Source of the DNA: Bellilinea caldifistulae
GTDB lineage: Bacteria; Chloroflexota; Anaerolineae; Anaerolineales; Anaerolineaceae
Assembly (NCBI RefSeq): GCF_001306055.1
Contig: NZ_LGHJ01000009.1
Coordinates: 60,001-92,000 of the forward strand
Length of the DNA stretch: 32,000 bases
Direction of reading: 5' to 3'
Both the position numbers and the translations under genes were made by a program. Of the stretch, positions 1-9,222 are shown one piece after another. Positions within the stretch are counted from its first letter, which is position 1. Each line of letters opens with the position of its first letter. Below the pieces are notes generated by a model. The model did not search any database. It was not told where the DNA came from and worked only from the letters and a program-made list of their open reading frames with translations.

Positions 1-486
1 CAGAAAACAAGCGTTGAAGAACATATCTGTAAGGGTTTCCTCATCCATTCCGGCTTGTTGAGCAAGAGAAGCGTTGGGCACTCTGACCAGACACCAGCGT
101 GTCTTTTGCCATCGTAAGGTCGAAATTGCCCCCATTGATTTTCGCAGGAGAGCAAGTTTATCAGAAGGGATATCCCAGAACACCTCCAAATTATAGGCCC
201 CCCTCAAACCAAAATATACATCAGCCCATTCCATTCCAAAAGATTCAATTTCCGGGACCCAGCCAATTTGTTCTACCGATCCGTATTTTAAAAGTTGGCG
301 GTTCAACCCATCCGACAAGAATTGAACCTGCGGATAAGCCCCCGCCTTAATACAAGCCCGATACACCGCCTCGACTAAAGGATATGTCTCCAGCTCGATA
401 AAGGCAATCATAACTCGTTCGCCGGTTTGAACGCGGGTAGAATAATTGACCAATAAATCCCCTAATTGTTGCCATCGTTTATCCAT
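1..486 (-). CDS. Aminopeptidase, M29 (AmpS/PepS/aminopeptidase T-like) family; N-terminal part only, the 3' end runs off the left edge
   Basis: The reverse strand is open from 486 to base 1 (I translated all 162 codons and saw no stop). It reads 'MDKRWQQLGDLLVNYSTRVQTGERVMIAFIELETYPLVEAVYRACIKAGAYPQVQF...WCLVRVPNASLAQQAGMDEETLTDMFFNAC', which resembles M29 aminopeptidases. An AAGGAG RBS lies 7 nt upstream of the ATG at 486; an alternative ATG is at 492. The gene is missing from the ORF track because it has no stop inside the window. Confidence 0.6.
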   Translation of the reverse strand, partial: MDKRWQQLGDLLVNYSTRVQTGERVMIAFIELETYPLVEAVYRACIKAGAYPQVQFLSDGLNRQLLKYGSVEQIGWVPEIESFGMEWADVYFGLRGAYNLEVFWDIPSDKLALLRKSMGAISTLRWQKTRWCLVRVPNASLAQQAGMDEETLTDMFFNACFL

Positions 487-508
487 AATCATGCTCCTTT
501 AACTTAAC

Positions 509-1549
509 TCAGTCGTTTTGTGTTCGGCCCCGAACAAAGTAATTCACAATGAATATTATTATGAGGAGGATCCCCCACGCAAAATCCCTGAAAAATGAAC
601 TCCCACGTACCCCCGTCAGCAACATATGAAAACCCGTTGAGAGAACCTGTAATATCAACACTGCGATAAAAATATCAATCACTTTACCAAAACCAGGAAT
701 TACCCCCGCCAGCACAGAAATTAGGATAGTTAATAGTACATAAGTAGTGGTTCCATATTCATAAGCAGCAGACATTGTTCGGCTCATCACTAAAATACCA
801 GTAACTGCAGAGAGAATCCCACTCAAAACATATACTCCAAGCAACACTTTCCGATTTTCTACAGCAGAAAATTCGGCAGCAGTGGGATTGGTACCGATCA
901 TGCGGGTCTTGAATCCAAAGGGTGTGCCGTTGAGAATGATATAAGTCAGGAGGGTGAAAACAACAAAGATAATGAACGGAATAGGAATTCCAGCAATAGT
1001 TTTGCTTCCAATGATTGAAACGCTCTCAGGGAAACCGGTTACAGTAACTCCTTTGGTCAAGCCGGTAGAAATGCCCGTAAAAAATGTGAAGGTAGCCAGG
1101 GTTGCGAGAATGGGAGGAACACCGATATAGCCGATCATTACCCCATTCAGTACGCCGCATAAAAATCCAACTAAAATTGCAATGATAAAAGCCCCAATCA
1201 CGTACCATCCCAACAGATTCGGATCTACCTCAGTAGGAATCATGCGGGTCAAAAACAAACCAGCAACCACAGCAGCTAAATTTGAAGTAGCATTGACGGA
1301 TAAGTTAATACCACCACATAAAATGGTGATCATCATTGCCAGCGATAGTATGCCCAGCTCTGGCAATTGAAAAGCCATTGAAGTGATACTTCTTGGTGTA
1401 AAGAATTTTTGAACAGTAAAAGTAAAAAACAATGTCAAAGTGATGAAAACACCGGTAAGAAGAAGAGTCTGACCATCAATATGAAGATGTTTCAAAAAGA
1501 TGGTTACTTGTGAATTTTTTGTTACTTTGGGTGTCGATTCTTCTGTCAT
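509..1549 (-). CDS. Sugar ABC transporter permease (CUT2/RbsC-like, BPD_transp_2 type)
   Basis: 346-aa polytopic hydrophobic protein of the ribose/monosaccharide permease type. It lies in an operon with a second permease, a tandem-NBD ATPase and an SBP. Confidence 0.85.
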   Translation of the reverse strand: MTEESTPKVTKNSQVTIFLKHLHIDGQTLLLTGVFITLTLFFTFTVQKFFTPRSITSMAFQLPELGILSLAMMITILCGGINLSVNATSNLAAVVAGLFLTRMIPTEVDPNLLGWYVIGAFIIAILVGFLCGVLNGVMIGYIGVPPILATLATFTFFTGISTGLTKGVTVTGFPESVSIIGSKTIAGIPIPFIIFVVFTLLTYIILNGTPFGFKTRMIGTNPTAAEFSAVENRKVLLGVYVLSGILSAVTGILVMSRTMSAAYEYGTTTYVLLTILISVLAGVIPGFGKVIDIFIAVLILQVLSTGFHMLLTGVRGSSFFRDFAWGILLIIIFIVNYFVRGRTQND

Positions 1550-1569
1550 TTTTTCTCTCGAATAAATAA

Positions 1570-2598
1570 TTAATCTGATTGAGTTAATTGACTGGTATGC
1601 CCCATACGTTTAGCCCTCAAATTCCTCAAAGCAGGAATAGAGGTGAATAAAATCAAGATTACACCAACAACGAATCTCTGCCACTCAACCGGAATACCGG
1701 TGAGAATCAACGCCCGGTTGATAACTTGAATAACCAGCACCCCCAGCGTGGTTCCAATAATAGAGCCGCTACCGCCGGTTATTGCTGCTCCTCCCAATAT
1801 GATCGCTGCTAAAACATCCAGTGGTTGGGTAATGAAAATCACCGGGTTAAAGTATCGGCTTAGAAATGCCTGTGTAACACCGGCAATTGCCGAGAACAAT
1901 CCCATGATGCCGAAAATTACGAAGAAAATTAAGCGCACATTGAAACCAGAGCGGACGGCTACTTCGCGATTCCCTCCAATTGCATAAACCCCTCTCCCTA
2001 AGGTTGTATATTTCAGAAACCACCAGATAATTAAACCTAAACCCAACGCCAGTAAAACGGTTATGTGCAGCCCTGTTTCACCCACATTAGGGTCTTGAGC
2101 TGTGAAGACAAAAATATTGTAAAAACCAACTGTGCCTTTGGGGAGCGAGAAATTTGCCGTTGCCCCAACAAAAAACAGATTAAAACCATACCACATTGTA
2201 AACATTGCCAATGAAACATCAAAGATTGGCAACTTAAACTGCGTAACTAAAAATGCGTTTAAAAGTCCGGCTAGAATGCCCGCTCCTCCTGCAATTAGAT
2301 AATACAACAGTATGCCCCCATCATAACCCTGCTTCAAGAGGAACATGTGAGTCGCGTATGAGGTGGTTGCTGCAATGGCTACAAAAGAGATGTCAATACC
2401 ACCGGCTATTACGATTGGCAGTAATCCATACGCGAGGATCAAGAATACGATCGAAGATCGCAAAGTGTCAAACAAGGTGGATATTGTGAAAAAGGCCGGA
2501 TTGATGGCGCCTATTGTCAACGAAAGAAAAAGCAGAATTAAAAATATTACAAACTCATTTGAGCGAATTAATTTTTTAACTCGGAATCGACCAAACAT
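1570..2598 (-). CDS. Sugar ABC transporter permease (CUT2/RbsC-like)
   Basis: 342-aa polytopic membrane protein, paralogous in style to 509..1549. Its start lies 4 nt after the ATPase stop. Confidence 0.85.
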   Translation of the reverse strand: MFGRFRVKKLIRSNEFVIFLILLFLSLTIGAINPAFFTISTLFDTLRSSIVFLILAYGLLPIVIAGGIDISFVAIAATTSYATHMFLLKQGYDGGILLYYLIAGGAGILAGLLNAFLVTQFKLPIFDVSLAMFTMWYGFNLFFVGATANFSLPKGTVGFYNIFVFTAQDPNVGETGLHITVLLALGLGLIIWWFLKYTTLGRGVYAIGGNREVAVRSGFNVRLIFFVIFGIMGLFSAIAGVTQAFLSRYFNPVIFITQPLDVLAAIILGGAAITGGSGSIIGTTLGVLVIQVINRALILTGIPVEWQRFVVGVILILFTSIPALRNLRAKRMGHTSQLTQSD

Positions 2599-2601
2599 TT
2601 G

Positions 2602-4134
2602 TTAATCCTCACTCACTGCCTTTGCTTGATTCTCCGAAAAGATCAAGCGTTGATATAAATATTGTTCATCTATATCATTCCGTTGATATTCTTCAACAAT
2701 TCTGCCCGTTCGCATTAATAAAATACGATGGCAGGTTTGAAACAACTCCGGAATATCATCCGAAATTAAGATAATCCCGATTCCCTCATTAGCCAGTTGT
2801 CTGATCAGCTCATGGATTTCTGCTTTTGAACCCACATCAACTCCGACAGTTGGACCATTAAGAATTAAGATTTTTGGCATGGTTGCCAGCCATTTGGCTA
2901 AAACCACTCTCTGTTGATTCCCACCGGAGAGGGTTTTTACGGGCAACTTACCGGAGGGTGTTTTGATTGCCATCCTTTGAATCCATTGATTGGATACTTC
3001 ATTTTTCGTTTTCGACTTGATTAAACCGATTCTTGTGACCAATCGGTCGATTACGCTAATAATGATATTGTCGTTAATAGATTGATCTAAAAATAGTCCT
3101 TGTTGAATACGGTCATCAGGCACATATCCAATTTGATTCTTTACCGCCTGTTGAATACTATTGATATGGACTTCCTTCCCTTGAACAAAAATTCGCCCAG
3201 AGTCCGCTGGCAGCTCACCAAATAGCGCCAATGCCAATTCTGTGCGCCCAGAACCCAGAAGACCAGTAATGCCGAGTACCTCATTTTTTCTTAAAGCAAA
3301 AGAAACATCTACAAAACCGTGTCGTAAGCTCAGATTCTCCACTTTCAGAAGCGGAGTATGCATATCGCCGGGAGGAGAAAAGGCAATGTTGCTGCTGTCA
3401 AGTCTACGACCGGTCATGTGATATTCCATCGTGGCGATATCAATACCTCTCGCGTCTTGATCTAATACCTTTTTTCCATTTCGAATGATCACAGTTCTTT
3501 CCGCAATCTCTCTAACCTCATTCAATTTGTGACTGACAAATAAGGTTGAAATTCCCCTTTCTTTCAGGTCAATAATTACCTTAAAAAGTGCAATCACCTC
3601 TTTTTGAGTCAAGGCTGTGGTTGGCTCATCCATGATAATGAGACGGGCATCCGCCAGGATTGCTTTGGCAATAGCGATCAATTGTCTATCTGCAGTGGAT
3701 AGATTTTCAACCAACTCATCTAGGGGCAACTCGATATTGATTCGTTGCAAACCCTCTCGTGCAATTTTTTCTACTTCTTGCCAGTTGACAAGGTTTTTGC
3801 GATGAGCGAGTTGATGATTTATTGCAATATTTTCAGCAACCGTCAAATTCGGAAACAAAGAAAAGTCCTGATAAATGACCTGGATACCTTCTCGGATCGA
3901 ATCAATTGGGGTTAATTTCTTGTAAAGCTTATTGTTTAAGTAGATATCGCCTTCATCGGGAGCATAAACACCAGAAATGATTTTGATTAAGGTTGACTTA
4001 CCAGAGCCATTTTCACCCACTAAACAACAGATTTCACCGGGGAAAATCGAAAGGCTAACTTCATTTAGCGCAATTACACCACCAAATCGCTTACTGATAT
4101 TTTCGACGCGGATAATCGGTTCAGACATATGCAA
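2602..4134 (-). CDS. Sugar ABC transporter ATP-binding protein with duplicated NBDs (RbsA/MglA-like)
   Basis: Two nucleotide-binding domains. Walker A motifs are 'GENGSGKST' and 'GLLGSGRTE'. Signature motifs are 'LSTADRQ' and 'LSGGNQQ'. Walker B motifs are 'LIIMDEPT' and 'ILILNGPT'. The start may instead be the ATG two codons downstream. Confidence 0.9.
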   Translation of the reverse strand: MHMSEPIIRVENISKRFGGVIALNEVSLSIFPGEICCLVGENGSGKSTLIKIISGVYAPDEGDIYLNNKLYKKLTPIDSIREGIQVIYQDFSLFPNLTVAENIAINHQLAHRKNLVNWQEVEKIAREGLQRINIELPLDELVENLSTADRQLIAIAKAILADARLIIMDEPTTALTQKEVIALFKVIIDLKERGISTLFVSHKLNEVREIAERTVIIRNGKKVLDQDARGIDIATMEYHMTGRRLDSSNIAFSPPGDMHTPLLKVENLSLRHGFVDVSFALRKNEVLGITGLLGSGRTELALALFGELPADSGRIFVQGKEVHINSIQQAVKNQIGYVPDDRIQQGLFLDQSINDNIIISVIDRLVTRIGLIKSKTKNEVSNQWIQRMAIKTPSGKLPVKTLSGGNQQRVVLAKWLATMPKILILNGPTVGVDVGSKAEIHELIRQLANEGIGIILISDDIPELFQTCHRILLMRTGRIVEEYQRNDIDEQYLYQRLIFSENQAKAVSED

Positions 4135-4145
4135 GCCTTTGGTAA

Positions 4146-4173
4146 GTTGGGGCGGTATTTACACCGCCCCAAC
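4146..4173 (-). promoter_or_regulatory. Intercistronic GC-rich hairpin between the SBP and ATPase genes
   Basis: Perfect 11-bp stem GTTGGGGCGGT / ACCGCCCCAAC around a 6-nt loop, sitting in the 59-nt gap between the SBP stop and the ATPase start. Hairpins in this position are common in ABC operons, where they stabilise SBP mRNA or partly terminate transcription. Confidence 0.5.
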
Positions 4174-4193
4174 TATACAATGAACTTTTCTAT

Positions 4194-5273
4194 TTAGAAT
4201 GGATAATCATCCATGTTGTTGGCGTCAATCTTGATCCAAGCTGCACCATAAATTACAGGCACGCCATTTACGCCTTTGACTAATTTGATCTTTTCGTAAC
4301 CCGGCACACCCAGGTCCATACCGTCTGTGATTTCCTCACCCTTCAATACTTTGTAAGCAACTACGTTACAGGCATAACCTGCTGTCGCCGGATCCCAGGC
4401 CATGGCAAGATCTACCGCGCCGGTTTTGAGCAATTCGCCCGCATAGGATGGGATGCTTGTTCCAACCACGGCAATTTGATCTTGAAGTTTTGCTTCCTCA
4501 ATTGCACGGCCGGCACCAACAACATCACCTGCCGCCGCTCCAAGCACGCCCTTTACGTCCGGGTATGTTTTCAAAACATCCTTCATCGTGTTGTAGGCAA
4601 CCTCTTGGTCTTCTTTTGACTCATATTTGGCGATGAATTCCAGTTTGGGATAGTTTTTCTCAGCGTAAGCCTTGGCACAATCCATCCACTCATTATGAGA
4701 TGCATTGGTCAAGGAGCCCACAAACTGGATGTATTTTCCTTCTTCGCCCATGCGGGTCGCCATTTCCTTCATCATTTCTTCGCCGTAGGAGCAATTATCG
4801 AAGGCTTCAACGTCATAGTGCAATGTGCCTTCTTTAGCCGTAGCAGCTTCATGGCCGACTACAATAATCCCGCTATCAATGGCTTTCTTCTGGACAGGTT
4901 CATTTTCGGGAACACCATACGGCACATTGCAAATTGCATCAACCCCCTGAGCTATCAACGATTCAATAATCGCTACCTGAGCCGCGGAGTCAACTTGAGA
5001 GGGGCCTTCCATAAACGCCTTGACGCCATAGTCCTTTCCAAAGTCCTTGACGCCGGTTTCCATCCTCAGGAACCAGTTGAAAGCGATAGACTTTACCACA
5101 GTCGCAAAGACCAATTCTTCCTGTTCAACAACTTTGGTTGGTTCTGAAGCAGGCGGGGCTTTGGTTGGCTCTGTACCCCCTGGCGGTTGGGTGTTAGTGG
5201 CCTGCTGTGGTGCACAAGCAGCCACCAAGGCAATGATTAACAGCACAGACAGAACAAACAGACTCTTTTTCAT
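4194..5273 (-). CDS. Sugar ABC transporter substrate-binding lipoprotein (periplasmic-binding-protein type I fold)
   Basis: Signal peptide plus lipobox 'LIIALVAAC', then a Pro/Thr-rich linker ('TQPPGGTEPTKAPPASEPTK'), then a PBP1-like body. A GGAG RBS precedes the ATG. It is the first gene of the transporter operon. Confidence 0.8.
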   Translation of the reverse strand: MKKSLFVLSVLLIIALVAACAPQQATNTQPPGGTEPTKAPPASEPTKVVEQEELVFATVVKSIAFNWFLRMETGVKDFGKDYGVKAFMEGPSQVDSAAQVAIIESLIAQGVDAICNVPYGVPENEPVQKKAIDSGIIVVGHEAATAKEGTLHYDVEAFDNCSYGEEMMKEMATRMGEEGKYIQFVGSLTNASHNEWMDCAKAYAEKNYPKLEFIAKYESKEDQEVAYNTMKDVLKTYPDVKGVLGAAAGDVVGAGRAIEEAKLQDQIAVVGTSIPSYAGELLKTGAVDLAMAWDPATAGYACNVVAYKVLKGEEITDGMDLGVPGYEKIKLVKGVNGVPVIYGAAWIKIDANNMDDYPF

Positions 5274-5391
5274 TTTTTTACTCCATAGTTTCTGAGAAAA
5301 GGGATACGATCAATTGGCTTTATAGTCAGCGATATACGACAAACTTCCTCACCTTCTTCCTCTTCACCTCCTCCAAAAAATTGAAATTGAA

Positions 5392-6153
5392 CTATACGCG
5401 TAGAACCTCAACGCCCATTTTTTCGATTTGTTCAACAATCTCCAGCGGGGCTTTGGTATCCGTTAGAATGCGATCAGCAACCATCACAGGCGCGATTGAG
5501 TTCAAAGCGATTTGTCCAAACTTTGAGGAATCAGCAACGACTATGATTTCTTTGGCTCTCTTCAACATCGCTTGTTTTACGAGAGCATCCTCTAAGTTAA
5601 ATTCGGTAAAGCCAATTTCCGGGTCAATTCCACCTGCCCCCATGAATAACTTGTCAACATTGAAACCTTCGATGGTTCTTTCAGCCAGATGACCTACCAA
5701 CGATAATTCGCCTCGCCGGAGAATTCCACCAGTCAAAATCAAACGGATGCCTGGATGATCCACTAAAGCCAGTGCAATATGAAATGAGGGAGTGATGACA
5801 GTGAGATTTTGGCGATCGTATATGTTCTTGGCAATTTCAAGGGTAGTTGTGCCCACATCAAGCATGATCGAATCGCCATTCTGGATCATTTCTGCAGCTG
5901 CCTTGCCAATTCTCTGCTTTTCTTCGCTGCATTTGACGCTTCGCGATAAAAACGGCGGTTCATAACTTCTGCCACTTCCACTGATGGCCCCGCCATGCAC
6001 CCTCCGCAACAACCCTTTCCGCTCCAAAATATCGAGGTCTCTACGGATGGTTACTTCAGACACACCAAACATCGAAACCAGTTCGGTTACCTGAACCGAT
6101 TCATTTTGGTTGATTAATTCTAGGATTATTTGATGTCTCTTGTGGGAATTCAT
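5392..6153 (-). CDS. DeoR-family transcriptional repressor (N-terminal wHTH plus C-terminal sugar-phosphate-binding DeoR_C domain)
   Basis: 'RHQIILELINQNESVQVTELVSMFGVSEVTIRRDLDILERKGLLRRVHGGA' is the classic DeoR HTH, and the 253-aa length is typical. The gene sits directly upstream of the ABC operon. Confidence 0.9.
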   Translation of the reverse strand: MNSHKRHQIILELINQNESVQVTELVSMFGVSEVTIRRDLDILERKGLLRRVHGGAISGSGRSYEPPFLSRSVKCSEEKQRIGKAAAEMIQNGDSIMLDVGTTTLEIAKNIYDRQNLTVITPSFHIALALVDHPGIRLILTGGILRRGELSLVGHLAERTIEGFNVDKLFMGAGGIDPEIGFTEFNLEDALVKQAMLKRAKEIIVVADSSKFGQIALNSIAPVMVADRILTDTKAPLEIVEQIEKMGVEVLRV

Positions 6154-6205
6154 ATATCGGGGAAAATTAAATTGTTTCGATTACTTTCAAATAATACAAA
6201 ATTTT

Positions 6206-6229
6206 TGATTGTTTGTCAACAAGCAATCA
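6206..6229. promoter_or_regulatory. Candidate operator palindrome upstream of the DeoR gene
   Basis: TGATTGTTTG-TCAA-CAAGCAATCA. The arms match 9 of 10 as an inverted repeat. It lies ~55 nt upstream of the deoR-family start codon. Confidence 0.35.
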
Positions 6230-6710
6230 TTCAATCTTTAGAAATGAGTTGGGGACTCCACAATAAAAAAGGAGATTCGAAACCAATAATCTGAATTTAT
6301 AAATACTCAAACAAACAGAAGTTTCCATCGTAAAAATTTCACTTTTGTTCGTCTATGTGTGCTTCTACGAAATGATCAAAGGATCGCCGACAAAGCCGTA
6401 GAAGGTGGTTTAGCAATCCTGATAGTTCACTCGTTGCATTTTTCGGAAATTGTGGAATAGTACCCGTTAGCAGTAATGGCACTTATAAACACATTCAGCG
6501 CTTTGTGAAGTAGACCGACCCTCGAAAAAAGTCCCGGCCGTATCAGTGTTCTCTATAAATTTGGTAGGGATAGCAGTAGATGTCGGCAGCGGGAAGTACG
6601 TTGTTGACCGAAGACTCAGATCATGGATAAAATGACCATTATGAGGTATATCAATATGTACCGAAGAATGCCTGCTCTCCTCCCGCCGCCGGTCAATTTT
6701 TTACAGATTC

Positions 6711-7245
6711 GCGCATCGCACAATACAGTCGTACAATACACATTGTGAGACGCAGAAATCCTAAAAATAGCCCCAAAACCCCCATTTTTCGGGCTTAAAA
6801 CCGCCCTAAACTGCGTCGCACAATGTTTTTAGCGGGAGGAAAACGCACCCATGAACCCCATGGACGAGTATCTTGCAACCCTCACCAGTCCCCGCACCGC
6901 AGAGCGTTACCGGGCGGCACTGAGCGAATTTGCCGACTGGTACACCCAAACCACCGGCGCAAGCGTGGACTGGAACCTGCTCACCACCGTTGAGGTCAAG
7001 GACTACACCGCCTACCTGCAAACCGTCCGCAGGCTCTCACCGGCGAGCGTCAATCTGCGTTTGGCAGCCATCCGTTCGTTCCTGCGCCACCTGGGGCGTA
7101 CCTTGAAGGTAAAAGGCCCCAAGCAGGTCACGCCGCCGGTCAAGGCTCTCTCTGCCCGTGAGTTGGGCAGGCTGTTTGCCGCCGCCGAAGGCAGTACACG
7201 GGACACCGCCATCCTGAACCTGATGGCACGGGCGAGCTCACGGCT
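6711..7245 (+). repeat. Direct repeat copy A: recombination-site-like leader plus integrase 5' half
   Basis: 6711-6830 aligns with 17151-17270; the last ~57 nt differ at 3 positions. 6854-7232 aligns with 18046-18424; the encoded peptides differ at 5 of 126 residues. Confidence 0.85.
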
Positions 7246-7285
7246 GAATGATATTCAGACAACAGAGTATTCGGAGTGGCGATGA
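6851..7285 (+). pseudogene. Truncated tyrosine recombinase: N-terminal SAM-like/core-binding domain only, catalytic domain missing
   Basis: Nearly identical to the N-terminal 126 aa of the intact integrase at 18032..18862. Homology is lost after 'AILNLMAR' (~7232-7245), and an unrelated 18-codon tail follows to the stop. The R-H-R-Y catalytic half is absent. Confidence 0.8.
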
Positions 7286-7299
7286 TAAAGGCTAGAAAG

Positions 7300-7343
7300 G
7301 CTATAAAATCCCACAGGCTCACCCACACAAGTGGGTGAGCCTG
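7300..7343 (-). terminator. Probable intrinsic terminator of the minus-strand PTS operon
   Basis: Perfect 13-bp stem CAGGCTCACCCAC / GTGGGTGAGCCTG with a 4-nt loop (7314-7343), ~55 nt downstream of the EIIC stop. On the minus strand it is followed by TGGGATTTTAT. Confidence 0.55.
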
Positions 7344-7396
7344 TCAGGAAAGGAGAGACCCGATTCTGGCAACCGATAATCAAGTAGACACGGGTC

Positions 7397-8788
7397 TTAA
7401 TCAGCCGTTGCCGCCAACGCCGCGCTGCGACGCTTTTGTACATTGTAGCGAAGACGGAAAGCTGTTCCGATGGCTGCAATCACGACCATTGCTGCCAAAA
7501 CACCGCCAATTCCAATGGTCTGGAAGTTTTCACCCAGGAAGCCAGTAACCAGCATATCTTGACAGAAATACAGGAAGGTGGAGGTTGCACCGGTAACGCC
7601 CTCTACACCCTGCAGTTTAGCAACCGCATCAGCCCAAGGCGCCACAAAAATACCGGTTACAGTTGCCAAACCACCCATCAGAATGGTGGTGATGAAAGTA
7701 CGCAGCATATCACCCTTATTGGGTGCTGCTGCAAATACCCAGAAGAACAACAGAGCCGGTAGGTCAGCCAACGGTACGCTCAAGGTGCCCGGGATGATGA
7801 AAGCCCACAGAATCATCACCGGTACCATCAGCGCGGTTGTTGCCAGCACCGATGTATGCCCCACTGCAATTGCCGGGTCAACACCGATGAATAGCTGCTT
7901 GCCCTTGGTTCGGGCCTGCATAAAGGCAGCCGCTGCTTCGGAAACCGGTACCAGAGCCTGCATGACAATTCCCGACATCATGGGCAGCAACACAAGAGCG
8001 GTAGCCAGTTTGATCATCAGCATGACGATATCACCCCACCAGAAACCGGCTCCAATTCCCATCAACAGGCCGATGATACCACCCAGTACAGCCGGTTCAC
8101 CGATTGCCCCAAACCGCTTTTGCACATATTCCGGCGTGAATTTGGCGGAAGATGTGAAAGGCAGTTTATCCAGAAGGGATGAAACTGCATGGGCGAACAT
8201 GCCCCACCACACATTGAAGCCCTGATAAAAGGCAATGTTCTTAAAACCGTAGAACTTTTCCGGGTAGCCCTTGTTGGCATACCAGTCGGTCACCATCAGG
8301 TTAACCCAGCACCAACCCGCTGCCACAATCAGGGATGCCAGCACATTGTTGGTCAACGCCAGCATAATCAATGCACAGATGGTGGCTTCCCATGTATCCC
8401 AGATGTTCAGGTTGAGGGTGTCGGTCAGGTTGGTGACGATCAACAGCAGGTTGACAGCCAGACTGATGGCGATGACCGCATAGGCAATTGGGTGGCCAAA
8501 GGCAAACGCCGCATAAGCTCCCCAGCCGATGTCTGTATATGTGAAGACACCTCCAAATCGCTCGGTTAGCGCGGTGGCTGCGGGACCAACCCCGGCAAGG
8601 AAAAAGTCCACGATGATATATACACCCTGGAAACCCACTGCGATCATCAAGCCGTTACGAATGGCACGTACCGGCCCCAGCCGCACAATCAAGCCGATCA
8701 GGGTGAAGACCACAAAAATCATAAACAACGCGCCAAGATTAACGACCGGCTCTAGCAAAGCCTGAATGGTATTAAAAAATCCGTCCAT
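7397..8788 (-). CDS. PTS EIIC component, galactitol (GatC/SgcC) family
   Basis: 463-aa polytopic protein. Several blocks match my memory of E. coli GatC: 'TDIGWGA', 'NLNIWDTWE', 'KRFGAIGEP', 'LFIGVDPAIAVGHTSV'. The substrate cannot be inferred. Confidence 0.85.
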   Translation of the reverse strand: MDGFFNTIQALLEPVVNLGALFMIFVVFTLIGLIVRLGPVRAIRNGLMIAVGFQGVYIIVDFFLAGVGPAATALTERFGGVFTYTDIGWGAYAAFAFGHPIAYAVIAISLAVNLLLIVTNLTDTLNLNIWDTWEATICALIMLALTNNVLASLIVAAGWCWVNLMVTDWYANKGYPEKFYGFKNIAFYQGFNVWWGMFAHAVSSLLDKLPFTSSAKFTPEYVQKRFGAIGEPAVLGGIIGLLMGIGAGFWWGDIVMLMIKLATALVLLPMMSGIVMQALVPVSEAAAAFMQARTKGKQLFIGVDPAIAVGHTSVLATTALMVPVMILWAFIIPGTLSVPLADLPALLFFWVFAAAPNKGDMLRTFITTILMGGLATVTGIFVAPWADAVAKLQGVEGVTGATSTFLYFCQDMLVTGFLGENFQTIGIGGVLAAMVVIAAIGTAFRLRYNVQKRRSAALAATAD

Positions 8789-8913
8789 CTTGAATCCTTC
8801 CTTTGTTTTTGGAAATTGGTATTATGACTTATAGGCCGCACAGGAAAAATTCCATTATTTTGTTATTTTGTGGGTCAGTTCCTCCTCCTTCCGAATCTTT
8901 TACGGGGATGCGG

Positions 8914-9216
8914 TTAATCTTTGATCTTGGCAATTGCCTCAAAAATCTGATCAAACAATTCCTTCTGGCCAATGCCCGTCAGCAGCGGTACGCCATTGAA
9001 CACCGGCACATCATCACGCGGCGGAAGGACAGCGGTTGCTACGATGATATCGGCCTTGGTGGATTGCAGAAGGACATCAGCATCAGCAACCTTGCCTTTT
9101 TTGACTACAACCGACACATTGCGCCGCTTGGCTTCTTCTTCGATTTTGACTGCCGCCAGGGTAGAAGTGGCAATCGAAGATCCGCACATCACTAAAATGA
9201 CAGCTGCTCGATTCAT
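8914..9216 (-). CDS. PTS EIIB component, galactitol (GatB) type
   Basis: 100 aa. The N-terminal phospho-cysteine loop is 'VILVMCGSSIATST'. Size and layout resemble GatB. Confidence 0.8.
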   Translation of the reverse strand: MNRAAVILVMCGSSIATSTLAAVKIEEEAKRRNVSVVVKKGKVADADVLLQSTKADIIVATAVLPPRDDVPVFNGVPLLTGIGQKELFDQIFEAIAKIKD

Positions 9217-9222
9217 TCTTGA

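Noticed and set aside
99-350. 83-aa plus-strand ORF from the track
   Set aside because: It is proline-rich and low-complexity, and it lies fully antisense to a clean M29 aminopeptidase reading frame that is open across 1-486 on the minus strand.
6741-6825. Integron attC site / integron integrase interpretation of the inverted repeat next to the recombinase
   Set aside because: The recombinase is only ~276 aa, and I cannot see the extra IntI-specific segment. It is co-oriented with the cassette-like TA genes rather than divergent from them, and there is no array of repeated attC-bounded cassettes. A generic att/dif-like site is the more conservative reading.
7436-8765. Several plus-strand ORFs (7436..7762, 7578..8225, 8189..8569, 8271..8483, 8529..8765)
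   Set aside because: All are antisense to the well-supported GatC-family EIIC gene and have low-complexity composition.
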